A stretch of 64,000 nt of DNA. It comes from Candidatus Caldarchaeum sp. GTDB taxonomy: Archaea; Thermoproteota; Nitrososphaeria_A; Caldarchaeales; Caldarchaeaceae. Below the pieces are notes generated by a model. The model did no database searches and was not told the DNA's origin. It worked only from the letters and a program-made list of their open reading frames with translations. Position numbers and translations under genes: made by a program. How positions within the stretch are numbered: the stretch's first letter is position 1; each line of letters opens with the position of its first letter. Of this stretch, positions 1 to 9,310 are shown piece by piece. Location: NCBI GenBank assembly GCA_038885755.1, contig JAVZZH010000001.1, positions 96,001 through 160,000 on the forward strand, in the 5' to 3' direction.

Positions 1-1
1 T

Positions 2-961
2 ACGCCTGTCGACAGAACACCGCACCATACAAGGTACGTCAAGAATATGATGGATGAAAGAATGGCCGACGAAACCCGGCTTCTCAAGGCTTTCCTCATG
101 AACGATGGTCTATACGGGGCCGAGATTAGGGTTCGTGGCTTCAGCGGCTACGTGTGCGAGCTTCTGACGATCAAGCACGGCTCCTTCCAAGCGTTGCTGG
201 AGAAGGCCGTCGGCTGGAGGCCCCCCGTAGTCCTTGACGGCGATGCGTCGGAACACCGAGAAGCCGTCATGATCCTGCCGGACCCCGTCGACAGGTCTAG
301 GAACGCAGCTGCAGCCGTCTCGCTGACCTCTCTCTCCAAGTTCATCATGAAGACCAAGCTGTTTCTCAGAAAGCCGGCCAAGTCGTTCTTCACAGACAGA
401 GCACACGACGGGGTCAGGCTGGATGGCCGCCGGTTCATGGGCTTGGTGTTCGACCTGCCTGAAAGGCCTCCTGACGTGCTTTGGGGCGAGCTCCACAAAA
501 CCATGAACGGGCTGGGAAAGGCCTTGACGACCCACGGCTACCGACTCCTGAGGATGGATTGCTGGTTAGAGGGCCTTAAAGCAGTCATTCTGTATGAGCT
601 CGAAGCGCTGTCTCTGCCGGCGGTCTACTTGCACGTAGGGCCTCCGGTATGGAGCAGGAGCGCCGTTGAGTTTGTTGAGGAGCAGGCTAAGAAGGAAGAC
701 CTTGCAGCCTGTCCTTGGGTGTACGGCGACAGGCTCTACTCCCTCCGTAGAAGAAAACACACCAACGCCGTGGACTTTGTGAGGCACGTGGTCGAGCAGG
801 ACCTTGCAGCGGTCTCGAAGGAGCTGAAGCCCTACCTCAAGAACATGACAGCAACCACAGACCTCCAGCAGATTACTCTGTCGCAGGACGGTAAACGCTT
901 CCTCGAGGAGTTTACACGAGCATGTCCGAACTTCATAGCCCTGTACAATTTATCGCGCTAG
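2..961 (+). CDS. cca: Archaeal (class I) CCA-adding tRNA nucleotidyltransferase, 5'-truncated by the window edge
   Basis: Frame is open from base 2 (TPVDRTPHHT); motifs YGAEIRVRGFSGY, DPVDRSRNAAA and HVGPP are typical of archaeal CCA enzymes. Confidence 0.93.
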   Translation, partial: TPVDRTPHHTRYVKNMMDERMADETRLLKAFLMNDGLYGAEIRVRGFSGYVCELLTIKHGSFQALLEKAVGWRPPVVLDGDASEHREAVMILPDPVDRSRNAAAAVSLTSLSKFIMKTKLFLRKPAKSFFTDRAHDGVRLDGRRFMGLVFDLPERPPDVLWGELHKTMNGLGKALTTHGYRLLRMDCWLEGLKAVILYELEALSLPAVYLHVGPPVWSRSAVEFVEEQAKKEDLAACPWVYGDRLYSLRRRKHTNAVDFVRHVVEQDLAAVSKELKPYLKNMTATTDLQQITLSQDGKRFLEEFTRACPNFIALYNLSR

Positions 962-1692
962 ACGAACTGGTTCAAACGCGCGTTGACTTAGGCGTGCTAG
1001 CTTATCCGTCAGCGTCGCCAGACCAAGTTCTTGAAAGAGTTTCAGCCATGACGGATCTGGGTGTTTCAGCTCTGGCCGTCAAGCTTGCCGGCGAGAAGCG
1101 TGTCCTGCATCTTGTTGGGAAAGGGGTTAGGGGAGTCGTCGTGCTCGGGCTTATGGAGGGCTGCAGGGTTGCGGTGAAGCTTCTCAGGACTGACGCGTCG
1201 GTGAAGAGCATGGAGCGGGAGGCGGTGATGCATTCCAAGGCAAACAGCGTAGGCGTGGGCCCGCGATTGTACAGCTGGAGCCGGATTATGACGGTCATGG
1301 AGTACGTGGAGGGATCCAGCCTAGGGCAGCTTGTATCGGCGACGCCCAGAAATCAGCTGAAGTCTGTGTTTGAAGAATGTCTTAACCAAGCCTACATCCT
1401 AGACTCGCATGGAATAGACCATGGCCAGCTTTCAAACGCCTCAGACCACGTGATGGTCTCATCATCGGGAGCAACATACATCATCGACTTCAGCCACTCC
1501 TCGGTCTCAAGAAAACCCGCCAACCTCACCTCAATCATCTCCTACCTGTTGAACGTCGCAGCCAAAAACAAGGCTAGAGACCAGCCGCTCTTCTCCCTGC
1601 TAAAACTCTACAAACAGCTATACTCAAGGGCCTTATTTGACCAGGTTAAAAGCCGTGTCCTCCACCTCGTCATGGAAGAGCCTATTTACTAG
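922..1692 (+). CDS. RIO/Bud32-like Ser/Thr protein kinase (archaeal COG2112 type)
   Basis: GKGVRGVV Gly loop, VAVK, HGQLS catalytic loop, IIDF; overlaps the cca 3' end. Confidence 0.8.
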   Translation: MSELHSPVQFIALDELVQTRVDLGVLAYPSASPDQVLERVSAMTDLGVSALAVKLAGEKRVLHLVGKGVRGVVVLGLMEGCRVAVKLLRTDASVKSMEREAVMHSKANSVGVGPRLYSWSRIMTVMEYVEGSSLGQLVSATPRNQLKSVFEECLNQAYILDSHGIDHGQLSNASDHVMVSSSGATYIIDFSHSSVSRKPANLTSIISYLLNVAAKNKARDQPLFSLLKLYKQLYSRALFDQVKSRVLHLVMEEPIY

Positions 1693-1701
1693 TGCGTAGG
1701 T

Positions 1702-3090
1702 GTGTTTTTGATGCTTGACGACGAGGGTCTCGAAAAGCTTAGGTCGTCTCTCTGCTGCGGCAAGCTCATGACAGACCCGGACACGCTTGAGAGATACTCG
1801 AGGGACATGGGCGGGTTCTACAGAAGGCCCTCTGCTGTCGCAGTAGCTGGATGTGTCGAGGACGTCAGCCGTGTGATGCGGTTCTGCAACGAGAGGAGAA
1901 TCCCGGTCACAGCGTGGGGCGCGGGGTCGAGCCTCACCGGGGCTGTTGTCTCTGACAGCCTCATCCTCGACCTTTCAAGGCTGGACAGGATCCTGAAAAT
2001 CGACACGACGAACTACTACGTCCACGTAGAGGCGGGCGTGGTTCTTGAGAACCTCAACAGAGAGCTGGAGAAACACGGCTTCTTCTTCCCACCCGACCCA
2101 GCCAGCAGCTTCATATGCACGGTGGGCGGAGCGGTTGCCGAGGGCTCCGGAGGCCTGAGATGCGTCAAGTACGGTACGGTCAAGGACTGGGTTTTGGCGT
2201 TGAAAGTCGTGCTGGCGGACGGAAGCGTAGTCGTCGTTGGCGAGCCTCTGGCGAAGAACAGAGCGGGATACAACCTCGTCCAGCTTTTCGTCGGCAGCGA
2301 GGGAACGCTGGGAATAATCGTGGAGGCATGGCTGAAAATAGCTCCTTTACCCGACGTCGCGCTGAGAAGGGTTTACGCCGTTTTCGACAGCTGGGTTGAC
2401 GCAGGAAACACGATACTCGAGGTCCGCAGAAGCAGGATAGTGCCGAGGATGCTGGAGTTCTTCGATAACGTAGGAATTGAAGCAGCCAACAAACTTCACG
2501 GGGTCCAACTACCCTACGGCGAAGCGATGCTGCTGATAGACGTCGAGGAATACAGAGGAAACGAGTTGCCAACCCTCCTAAACATACTTAAGAAGAACAA
2601 GGCACGAGAAATAAGAGTTGCAGAGTCTGACGAGGAGGCTGACAAACTCCTGCAGATAAGAACAACCATGTACCTCGCAATAAACAACTTGTCTAAGGCG
2701 AGGATGGTTGAAGACGTATGCGTTCCCATAGACAAGATCATAGACTACTTGACGAAGGTCAAAGAGCTGTCCCAAAAATATGGATTGACAATCGCCATGA
2801 ACGGCCACGCCGGAGACGGAAACATTCATCCCAGCATCCTCTACGACCCAGACAACCCTGAGGAGGTAGCTAAGGCTAACAAAGTAGTCGACGAGCTTAT
2901 TAGATACTCGACCGAAATAGGTGGAACAATAACAGGCGAACACGGTATAGGGCTGCAGAAGATGCATCATCTCGCTCAGCAGCTGAACCTACACAACGGC
3001 CCACAAGTCCTCAGTCTGATGAAGGGTTTGAAGAAGCTTTTCGACCCGAACAACATACTTAACCCCGGGAAATACATCGACCAGTCATGA
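1702..3090 (+). CDS. FAD-linked oxidase (GlcD/D-lactate dehydrogenase family)
   Basis: WGAGSSLTG, PPDPAS, TVGG, GSEGTLG, GHAGDGNIH, GEHGIG, FDPNNILNPGK. Confidence 0.92.
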   Translation: MFLMLDDEGLEKLRSSLCCGKLMTDPDTLERYSRDMGGFYRRPSAVAVAGCVEDVSRVMRFCNERRIPVTAWGAGSSLTGAVVSDSLILDLSRLDRILKIDTTNYYVHVEAGVVLENLNRELEKHGFFFPPDPASSFICTVGGAVAEGSGGLRCVKYGTVKDWVLALKVVLADGSVVVVGEPLAKNRAGYNLVQLFVGSEGTLGIIVEAWLKIAPLPDVALRRVYAVFDSWVDAGNTILEVRRSRIVPRMLEFFDNVGIEAANKLHGVQLPYGEAMLLIDVEEYRGNELPTLLNILKKNKAREIRVAESDEEADKLLQIRTTMYLAINNLSKARMVEDVCVPIDKIIDYLTKVKELSQKYGLTIAMNGHAGDGNIHPSILYDPDNPEEVAKANKVVDELIRYSTEIGGTITGEHGIGLQKMHHLAQQLNLHNGPQVLSLMKGLKKLFDPNNILNPGKYIDQS

Positions 3091-3977
3091 AAACGATAGC
3101 CGTCGACTTCGGCGCAACGATGCTCCGGTTCGCCGTAGTGGAGAAGTTCAGGATTGTCAGGAGAATTGTCTGCACGACACCCAAGACGCTGGCGGAGCTC
3201 AGGCGTGTCTTCCGAAACTCCTTCAACATGCTGTATAGTATGGGTGTTTCGAGGAACGCTCCAGTCGGCATAGCCTCGATAGGGCCTTTCGAACACGAGG
3301 GCGTCGTCAGGGCAACCAACATCGGCGGGTTGAGGATAAACCTCCGCAAAATCGTTGAGGAGACGCATGGGGGGAAAATAACCATACTCAACGACTGCAC
3401 CGCAGCGGCCTTGGCTGAAAAAACCATAGGTCCGTGGAAAGCCCTCAAAAACCTCGTTTACGTCACGATCAGCACCGGGATAGGAGGAGGAGCTGTCGTC
3501 GACGGCCACCTGCTGATAGGCAAGGACGGGAACGCCGCCGAGATAGGACACATGGTTGTAGATTATCAAAGCAGTGTCGAATGCGGCTGCGGCGGGGTTG
3601 GGCACTGGGAGGCTTTCTGCTCGGGGGTTGGGCTGCCTAAGCTCGCACGTCAAGTAGTCGGCAGAGCTACGTGGGCTGACTCTAGGCAAGTCTTCGAAGC
3701 TGCTAGGCGGGGGGATAGGAGAGCCTTGACCGTGCTGAACAGGATGGCTCATTTCAACGCTGTGGGCTTCTCGAACGTCATGAACGTCTACGACCCAGAA
3801 ATCGTCATAGTGGGGGGAAGCGTGGCCCTCAACCATCCAGTCGAAACGGTCGAGAAGCCCAGACGCCTGCTCGATAAATACTCGATGCTCAGAAGCCCGC
3901 TGGTTCTAACATCCTTGGGCCACGACGGGCCTCTGCATGGCGCTGCAGTCGCCGCCCAGACGGAACACGAAAGTTAA
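3087..3977 (+). CDS. ROK family sugar kinase (glucokinase-like)
   Basis: VDFGAT, LND, STGIGGG, EIGH, CGCGGVGHWE zinc motif. Confidence 0.9.
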   Translation: MKTIAVDFGATMLRFAVVEKFRIVRRIVCTTPKTLAELRRVFRNSFNMLYSMGVSRNAPVGIASIGPFEHEGVVRATNIGGLRINLRKIVEETHGGKITILNDCTAAALAEKTIGPWKALKNLVYVTISTGIGGGAVVDGHLLIGKDGNAAEIGHMVVDYQSSVECGCGGVGHWEAFCSGVGLPKLARQVVGRATWADSRQVFEAARRGDRRALTVLNRMAHFNAVGFSNVMNVYDPEIVIVGGSVALNHPVETVEKPRRLLDKYSMLRSPLVLTSLGHDGPLHGAAVAAQTEHES

Positions 3978-4004
3978 TATATTTACAAGAAGCCTAATCA
4001 GCTA

Positions 4005-4508
4005 ATGAAAGCTTTTGTTCTAGGAACTGTTGGGACGAGGAGCGGCTTGACCGAGACGCTCGCTGCCGTGAGGTCCGACAAAAACATAGAGGAATCCTAC
4101 TTAATCTGGGGCCCGTACGACACTGTGTCAAAAGTAAGCTGTGAATCCCTCAAGCATCTCAACCAAGTTCTCGACGTGATGAGGGAGCATGGAGTCGTCG
4201 ACACAAACACGCTCATCGTAAACGAGGGAGGCCTGTCTTTCGAGAAGGAGAACTGCGGAAAAACCCGTAAATGCGCCTACATCTTCATAAAGATGAGGAG
4301 GCCGTCGGCCCCGAAGCTCTGGGAAAAATACCTGATGTCGATAGAAGAGGTCCTTGAAGGACATGAATTGTTCGGCATGTGGGACGTGGTCGTCAGCGTG
4401 GCTGAGGAGGCTAGGGACGACTTCTTCAACAGGGTTTTCAAAAGGCTGTGGCTACTGACCGAGGTGAACATGACCTCGACGCACACCATGTTCACTGTGA
4501 AGGAGTAG
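4005..4508 (+). CDS. Lrp/AsnC ligand-binding (RAM) domain protein with two tandem domains and no HTH
   Basis: Two repeats of the pattern AF/YI...GPYD or GMWD...T-N/H-T-L/M. Confidence 0.65.
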   Translation: MKAFVLGTVGTRSGLTETLAAVRSDKNIEESYLIWGPYDTVSKVSCESLKHLNQVLDVMREHGVVDTNTLIVNEGGLSFEKENCGKTRKCAYIFIKMRRPSAPKLWEKYLMSIEEVLEGHELFGMWDVVVSVAEEARDDFFNRVFKRLWLLTEVNMTSTHTMFTVKE

Positions 4509-4551
4509 AAGTATCATAGTTAATAATACTCTAGCGGCTGGGGCATCAATA

Positions 4552-5028
4552 ATGACAAGCCTCAGGGAGTTCATGCGGAGAGTTCCACAGTGTGTGACGG
4601 TTGTGGCAACTTGTCATGAGGGCAAGCCGCATGGAATGACTGTAAGCTCGTTTGCTTCGGTTTCACTCAACCCTCCGCTGGTCGTCGTTTCTCTTGAGAG
4701 GAACACCATGACCTGCAGTAAGGTGCAAATGTCGAAGAAGTTCGCCGTAAACTTGCTGGGGCAGGATCAGTCGATGCTTTCGGACATTTTCGCGTACGTG
4801 GACCACGACGAGAGGTTTAAACGAGTCAAGTTCAGGATTGAGAAAGAGGTTTTTCCTGTTCTGGATGACGTGGTGGGAGTCCTGTTCTGCACGGTTGATA
4901 AGGCTTACGAGGCAGGAGACCATCTGCTCGTTGTCGGCAGGGTTGAAGAATGTAAAATCTACTCCGACAACCTTCCTCTCGTTTATCATCAGCGTCAGTA
5001 CTTCACAGTCGGACCGATTAGGGAGTAA
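4552..5028 (+). CDS. Flavin reductase family protein (DIM6/NTAB)
   Basis: GMTVSSFASVSLNPP, FAVNLL, AGDH, PLVY. Confidence 0.9.
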   Translation: MTSLREFMRRVPQCVTVVATCHEGKPHGMTVSSFASVSLNPPLVVVSLERNTMTCSKVQMSKKFAVNLLGQDQSMLSDIFAYVDHDERFKRVKFRIEKEVFPVLDDVVGVLFCTVDKAYEAGDHLLVVGRVEECKIYSDNLPLVYHQRQYFTVGPIRE

Positions 5029-6343
5029 GCCTGAACCTGTCCCTCGGAAACAGAATTACTTCCCTTATGTTGGTTATGCGTGTAAGCACCATCATCAACC
5101 TCTCAAACCCAAGCCCCCACCCCGCGTGGACGGGCATACCGTACTCAAACACCTTGAGATGGTCCTCGAACTGCTTCGGGTCCAAGCCTTTCTGAACAAG
5201 CCTATCCCTCAGAACGCTTTGCTGGTGTACACGAGTCCCTCCAGACGCTAGCTCGAGCCACTGATACATCAAGTCGAAAGACTCCGAGATGGATGGGTTA
5301 GTGGCTGACGGCTGTATGTAGAAAGGCTTGGTCTCGGTGGGGAAGCCTGTTATGAAGTAGTAGCCGTGGAAGTGTTTTGCGAGAGCTCTGAGATGCGGTG
5401 TGCTGAAATCCTCGCCCCACTCAACCTTTACACCATCATTTTCGAGAATCTTTACCGCTTCGTCGTAGCTCAGCCTCGTGAAAGGAGTTTTAGGAACCTT
5501 TAGAGAAACACCCAACACGTTAAGCTCTCTCTGGTGCTCGTTCAGCAAACGCTCGTAGACATGAACAACAGCTTTTTCAAGAACGCTCATGACGTCCTCC
5601 ATGTCGGCGAAAGCCTGCTCGATGTCAACCGACGTAAACTCGCTCACATGTCTCCTAGTGTGGGACTCCTCCGCCCTGAAGAACGGCCCTATCTCAAACA
5701 CTTTCTCGAAAACAGTAGTCAGCTGCTCTTTGTACAGCTGGGGACTTTGAGCAAGGTATGCAGTCCTGTCAAAGTACTTTACTTCGAAAAGCTCGGCTCC
5801 TCCCTCCGTAGCCGAAGCTATAATCTTCGGAGTTCTCACCTCTATGTATCCATTCTCATAGAAGAACTCCCGAAGCACTTTAAGCACCGCGCTCCCAAGG
5901 ATAAAGATCGACTTGATTTTTTGCCTGCGTAGGTCGAGTATTCTGTGCTTTAGCCTCACGTCTATGCTGGCTGGGACCTTCTCAGTCGGGTCGTATTCAA
6001 GCCTACTCGCGGCCTTCGACAAGACCTCGATCGTCTCGCCGACAACCTCCACCCCTCTCCTAGACTTCGGCTGACGAGCCACGTAGCCGTGGACAAAGAC
6101 AACCGATTCATTGGACAGCCCGTCAAGCTCCTGTGCTACCTTGCCGTCAAGCCCGTCTCGCCTGAACACTATTTGACAATCGCCTGACACGTCTCTCAAG
6201 ACTATGAACACAAGCTTGCCCAAGTCGCGGACTTCATGAACCCATCCGAAGAGGTTTACATGCTTTCCGTCGAGAGACTCGCTTATCTCCGCCGCATGGA
6301 CTCTCTTCGAAAACTCCTTCTTCAGCCTCTCGTCTAACAACAT
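5018..6343 (-). CDS. aspS: Aspartate-tRNA ligase (archaeal type, probably non-discriminating)
   Basis: OB fold GWVHEVRDLG, LAQSPQLYK, FRAE, HAGWGLGFER, LFPRD. Confidence 0.95.
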   Translation of the reverse strand: MLLDERLKKEFSKRVHAAEISESLDGKHVNLFGWVHEVRDLGKLVFIVLRDVSGDCQIVFRRDGLDGKVAQELDGLSNESVVFVHGYVARQPKSRRGVEVVGETIEVLSKAASRLEYDPTEKVPASIDVRLKHRILDLRRQKIKSIFILGSAVLKVLREFFYENGYIEVRTPKIIASATEGGAELFEVKYFDRTAYLAQSPQLYKEQLTTVFEKVFEIGPFFRAEESHTRRHVSEFTSVDIEQAFADMEDVMSVLEKAVVHVYERLLNEHQRELNVLGVSLKVPKTPFTRLSYDEAVKILENDGVKVEWGEDFSTPHLRALAKHFHGYYFITGFPTETKPFYIQPSATNPSISESFDLMYQWLELASGGTRVHQQSVLRDRLVQKGLDPKQFEDHLKVFEYGMPVHAGWGLGFERLMMVLTRITNIREVILFPRDRFRLTP

Positions 6344-6346
6344 TCA

Positions 6347-6883
6347 TCACCTAAATGTTGACGGCCTCCTTCTCTGAGGCTCGAAGCTTACGTCAACGCC
6401 TTTAAACTCTTTCACAAAACGCGAGAGGATGGTCGGAGGGGCTCGGAGCTTCCTCTCTTCATCCACGACAGCCTTCATCTCAACCGACTGGTCTGGGAGC
6501 CACGTCTTGTTGACGGCTAGAAGCCGGGCCGGGCTCACAAGGCTTTGGAGGAACTTGTTGAAGTCCTTGAACCCCTCAACCACCTCAGCCTTCAGCTTGA
6601 ACCTCTCCGACAACTCCTGTCTAACCTGGGCGAGAATCTCCTGCCCTAGGCTTGAGGTGCTCCGCTCGCCGAAGACGACAAAAATATAGTCGTTGACCCT
6701 GACGCTCTTCAAGTAGGTCAGCGACGAAAGCGGCTGGATTTTCTTCTCCAACTCCAGAAGAAAACGCATCACATCAAAATCTAGGGGTGAGAGCTCGCCC
6801 CGGCTCAGCTTTTCCTCGCATCTCGAGCAGAGAATACCGGTCCTCAGGTCGAACGTACAAACCGGAAACTCCAACGCATGCAC
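6347..6883 (-). CDS. Archaeal NusA-like KH protein with N-terminal Zn-binding motif
   Basis: PVCTFDLRTGILCSRC N-terminus and NKTWLPD motif of the archaeal NusA-like family. Confidence 0.7.
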   Translation of the reverse strand: MHALEFPVCTFDLRTGILCSRCEEKLSRGELSPLDFDVMRFLLELEKKIQPLSSLTYLKSVRVNDYIFVVFGERSTSSLGQEILAQVRQELSERFKLKAEVVEGFKDFNKFLQSLVSPARLLAVNKTWLPDQSVEMKAVVDEERKLRAPPTILSRFVKEFKGVDVSFEPQRRRPSTFR

Positions 6884-6904
6884 CTAGAGGCTGCCATGCA
6901 GCTG

Positions 6905-7186
6905 TCAGCCTTGTCCAATAACTATTTCTATTGTGCTTACGTTCAGAGTCCGGTTCTGCTCGTCAGTTATCTGCTCCGTCCCAAGCCTGATGTCCTTGAT
7001 GGTCACGTTTGAGATGAACCTGTTCTTGACTATCTGCACGACGTCGACTGCTCTGCTAATAGCTCTTCCACGGGCCTTCACGATGATGTCGCTGGACCCT
7101 GTCTGGAAACCTGTCAAGCAGGCCAGGACGTAGCTCATCACCGGCTTCTTACCCACCAGAACCGTAGGCGTTATCTGCTTCGACAC
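6905..7186 (-). CDS. albA: DNA/RNA-binding chromatin protein Alba
   Basis: [29 protein letters not shown]. Confidence 0.96.
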   Translation of the reverse strand: MSKQITPTVLVGKKPVMSYVLACLTGFQTGSSDIIVKARGRAISRAVDVVQIVKNRFISNVTIKDIRLGTEQITDEQNRTLNVSTIEIVIGQG

Positions 7187-7309
7187 CCATCATCACCTTT
7201 ACTAATCAGCAAATAAGGTCAATGACGTGCAATAAATAGGTTTCTAGGGCAACCAGCAACACCCAACGATAACATATAAATTCGGTCGAGGGACAGAATG
7301 CCGTCGAAA

Positions 7310-7471
7310 ATGCCGATAAGAGACCCGGCCTTACTCCAGCTGGCTCAGCGTCGAAGACTGCTGGTAAAGATATGCAGGGAATGTGGCGCACGGAACTCTA
7401 GGACAGCCGTGAAATGCAGAAAGTGCCGCAGCTACAACCTTAGGTGGAAGAGGAGGGAGATTAAGAGGTAG
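7310..7471 (+). CDS. rpl40e: 50S ribosomal protein L40e (not in the ORF track; an alternative in-frame ATG lies at 7298)
   Basis: Manual translation MPIRDPALLQLAQRRRLLVKICRECGARNSRTAVKCRKCRSYNLRWKRREIKR; TAG at 7469-7471; TATA-like ATATAAA near 7274. Confidence 0.93.
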   Translation: MPIRDPALLQLAQRRRLLVKICRECGARNSRTAVKCRKCRSYNLRWKRREIKR

Positions 7472-7544
7472 GGCCGGTGGTCTAGCCTGGTAGGACGCTG
7501 CTCTTACGAAGCAGAGGTCGGCGGTTCAAGTCCGCCCCGGCCCA
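7471..7544 (+). tRNA. tRNA-Val(TAC), intronless, CCA not encoded
   Basis: Acceptor GGGCCGG/CCGGCCC, anticodon arm CTGCT-CTTACGA-AGCAG, T arm GGCGG-TTCAAGT-CCGCC. Confidence 0.96.
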
Positions 7545-7699
7545 CATACTACATAAACAATGACTTAGGATGGTATGATGGGATTGTTTGGCCGGCGGCG
7601 TCAGCAGACCTCTCTTGGTAGGTTATTGCTCCAGCCTCTGCTGGTTGTGAAGCCTGCATGGTTGTAGAATGTCAGCCGGCGACTGGCGGGAACGTGGAG

Positions 7700-7990
7700 A
7701 CGGTAAACACCTCATGGTATGATTTTCGAGGCCGTCGTCTCCGCCATACGTATCCAGCAACAACGCCTATAACATACGCAGGCTCCTTAGACGGTTTCAG
7801 AAACCCTGAAGGTATCCTTACACCGTTGAGCGGGCTGTGAAGCCCTCCAGCCCGGTGGCTGATGTGTGATTTCCACAACCCTACACCATGCTTCTCCCTT
7901 CAACGATTCTGCTGTAGGACAGCCCCCGGGCTTCTAAGCCTCCCAACTTCCTCGTAGAACCTAACCCTCAGCTCCCTCGGCAGTAATTGC
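7700..7990 (-). pseudogene. Frameshifted remnant of a free-standing LAGLIDADG homing endonuclease with N-terminal HTH
   Basis: Spliced across three frames: LPRELRVRFYEEVGRLR / GLSYSRIVE / KHGVGLWKSHISH..GLHSPLNGVRIPSGFLKPSKEPAYVIGVVAG.YV; the LAGLIDADG-like helix AYVIGVVAG lacks the DG; truncated. Confidence 0.6.
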
Positions 7991-8149
7991 CTAACTCTCC
8001 CGAGAGGCTTATAAACCTCTTTACAGAGCTGTTGTCGCTGTTTCTCTTCCAACCTCTCCACAACCACCGTCATAATGTTGCTGGGTTTAATCATAGCCGT
8101 AGCCATAACCTCGCCTAGCGGGAACAGCGCTGTATTAGTCGCGGTTGCC

Positions 8150-8265
8150 AGGAAAGCCACCGACTTCAGCGTGGCCTGAGGGCCGTAGATTGTGTTAGTT
8201 TTCCCGCGGCCCATTCTCCGCCCAGAAGCCTGTCCAGCGCTTCCACCGCTGTCGGAATCCGCAGA
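8150..8265 (-). pseudogene. Remnant of a RecA-superfamily (RadB/KaiC-like) ATPase N-terminus
   Basis: RIPTAVEALDRLLGG, then a frameshift to RGKTNTIYGPQATLKS (degenerate Walker A). Confidence 0.5.
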
Positions 8266-8419
8266 GATAACGCTGCTCTCCTCCGTTGCAAGCCTCCTGC
8301 TCTCATCCGCCGGCCTTGCTTTGCTATTCTACAGGCTTGGAGAAAAAATTTCTGAAGCCGATAGAGTCCGGCTGGCCAGCGTTATGGTTTAAAGTTAGTC
8401 TTGGACGACTACTCAGGGG

Positions 8420-9310
8420 TTGTCGGGTCTGGAATGTCTGTTCAGGGCGGGTGAAGTGGCTAGGGCTGTGAAGGCCTCTCTGCCGGGGTTGGTAAGCCCC
8501 GGCATGCGCCTAGTCGACCTCGCGGAGAAGGTGGAGGGCCTCATCAGGGAGAGGGGCTGCAGGCCTGCCTTCCCGTGCAACATCTCCATAGACGGCGTCG
8601 CGGCCCACTACTCTCCGCCACCCGGAGACCTCTCAACGCTTCCCCGAAATTCGGTGGTGAAGCTTGACTTCGGCGTCGTGGTCGACGGCTACATAGCGGA
8701 CACGGCTTTAACGATAACAGACACGTCTTGGGGAGAGGTGTTGAAGCAAGCCGTCGAGGAGTCGTTGAAGGCTGCTCTGAAAGTCGTCGAGGCCGGGGTG
8801 AGGGTTTCGGAGGTGGGGGCAGCTGTTTACAGCACTCTGATGAAATACGGCGTCAAGCCCATCAGAAACCTTACAGGTCACGAGATACAGCGCTACAACC
8901 TTCACGCTGGAGTCTCAATACCCAACATCCCCGTAGGCGACGGAGCTAAGCTTCAGGAAGGGCATGTCTACGCGATAGAGCCGTTCGCAACCCTGCCCGA
9001 CGGAGCCGGCGAGGTGACAGACAAACATCCCGCAACGATCTACAGGCTGGAGCCCGTCAGACCAAGGCAGAAGCTCGCTGAAGCAGAGCAGGCTCTGGTT
9101 AAAACCATCGAGGAAAGGTTTGAAGGTCTTCCCTACAGCCTTAGATGGCTGAAGGACATGGGGGATGAAGCCCTAGGCCTTCATCAGAAGCTCGTCAAGC
9201 AAGGCGGGGTAAAAGCCTACCCCATGCTCGTCGAGAAAACCGGGAAGCCGGTGGCCCAGGCCGAGCACACGGTCTTGGTTGAGAAGGGGGGATGCGTCGT
9301 AATCACTTAG
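8420..9310 (+). CDS. map: Methionine aminopeptidase type II
   Basis: AFPCNIS, AAHY, KLDFG, GYIADTA, NLTGH, AIEPF, AQAEHT. Confidence 0.96.
   Translation: MSGLECLFRAGEVARAVKASLPGLVSPGMRLVDLAEKVEGLIRERGCRPAFPCNISIDGVAAHYSPPPGDLSTLPRNSVVKLDFGVVVDGYIADTALTITDTSWGEVLKQAVEESLKAALKVVEAGVRVSEVGAAVYSTLMKYGVKPIRNLTGHEIQRYNLHAGVSIPNIPVGDGAKLQEGHVYAIEPFATLPDGAGEVTDKHPATIYRLEPVRPRQKLAEAEQALVKTIEERFEGLPYSLRWLKDMGDEALGLHQKLVKQGGVKAYPMLVEKTGKPVAQAEHTVLVEKGGCVVIT

Noticed and set aside
7520-7540. Identical stretch (GTCGGCGGTTCAAGTCCGCCCCGG) shared with the tRNA-Phe 3' half, considered as att direct repeats
   Set aside because: Both copies lie within complete tRNAs and reflect T-arm conservation; the genes between them (map, topA) are core genes.
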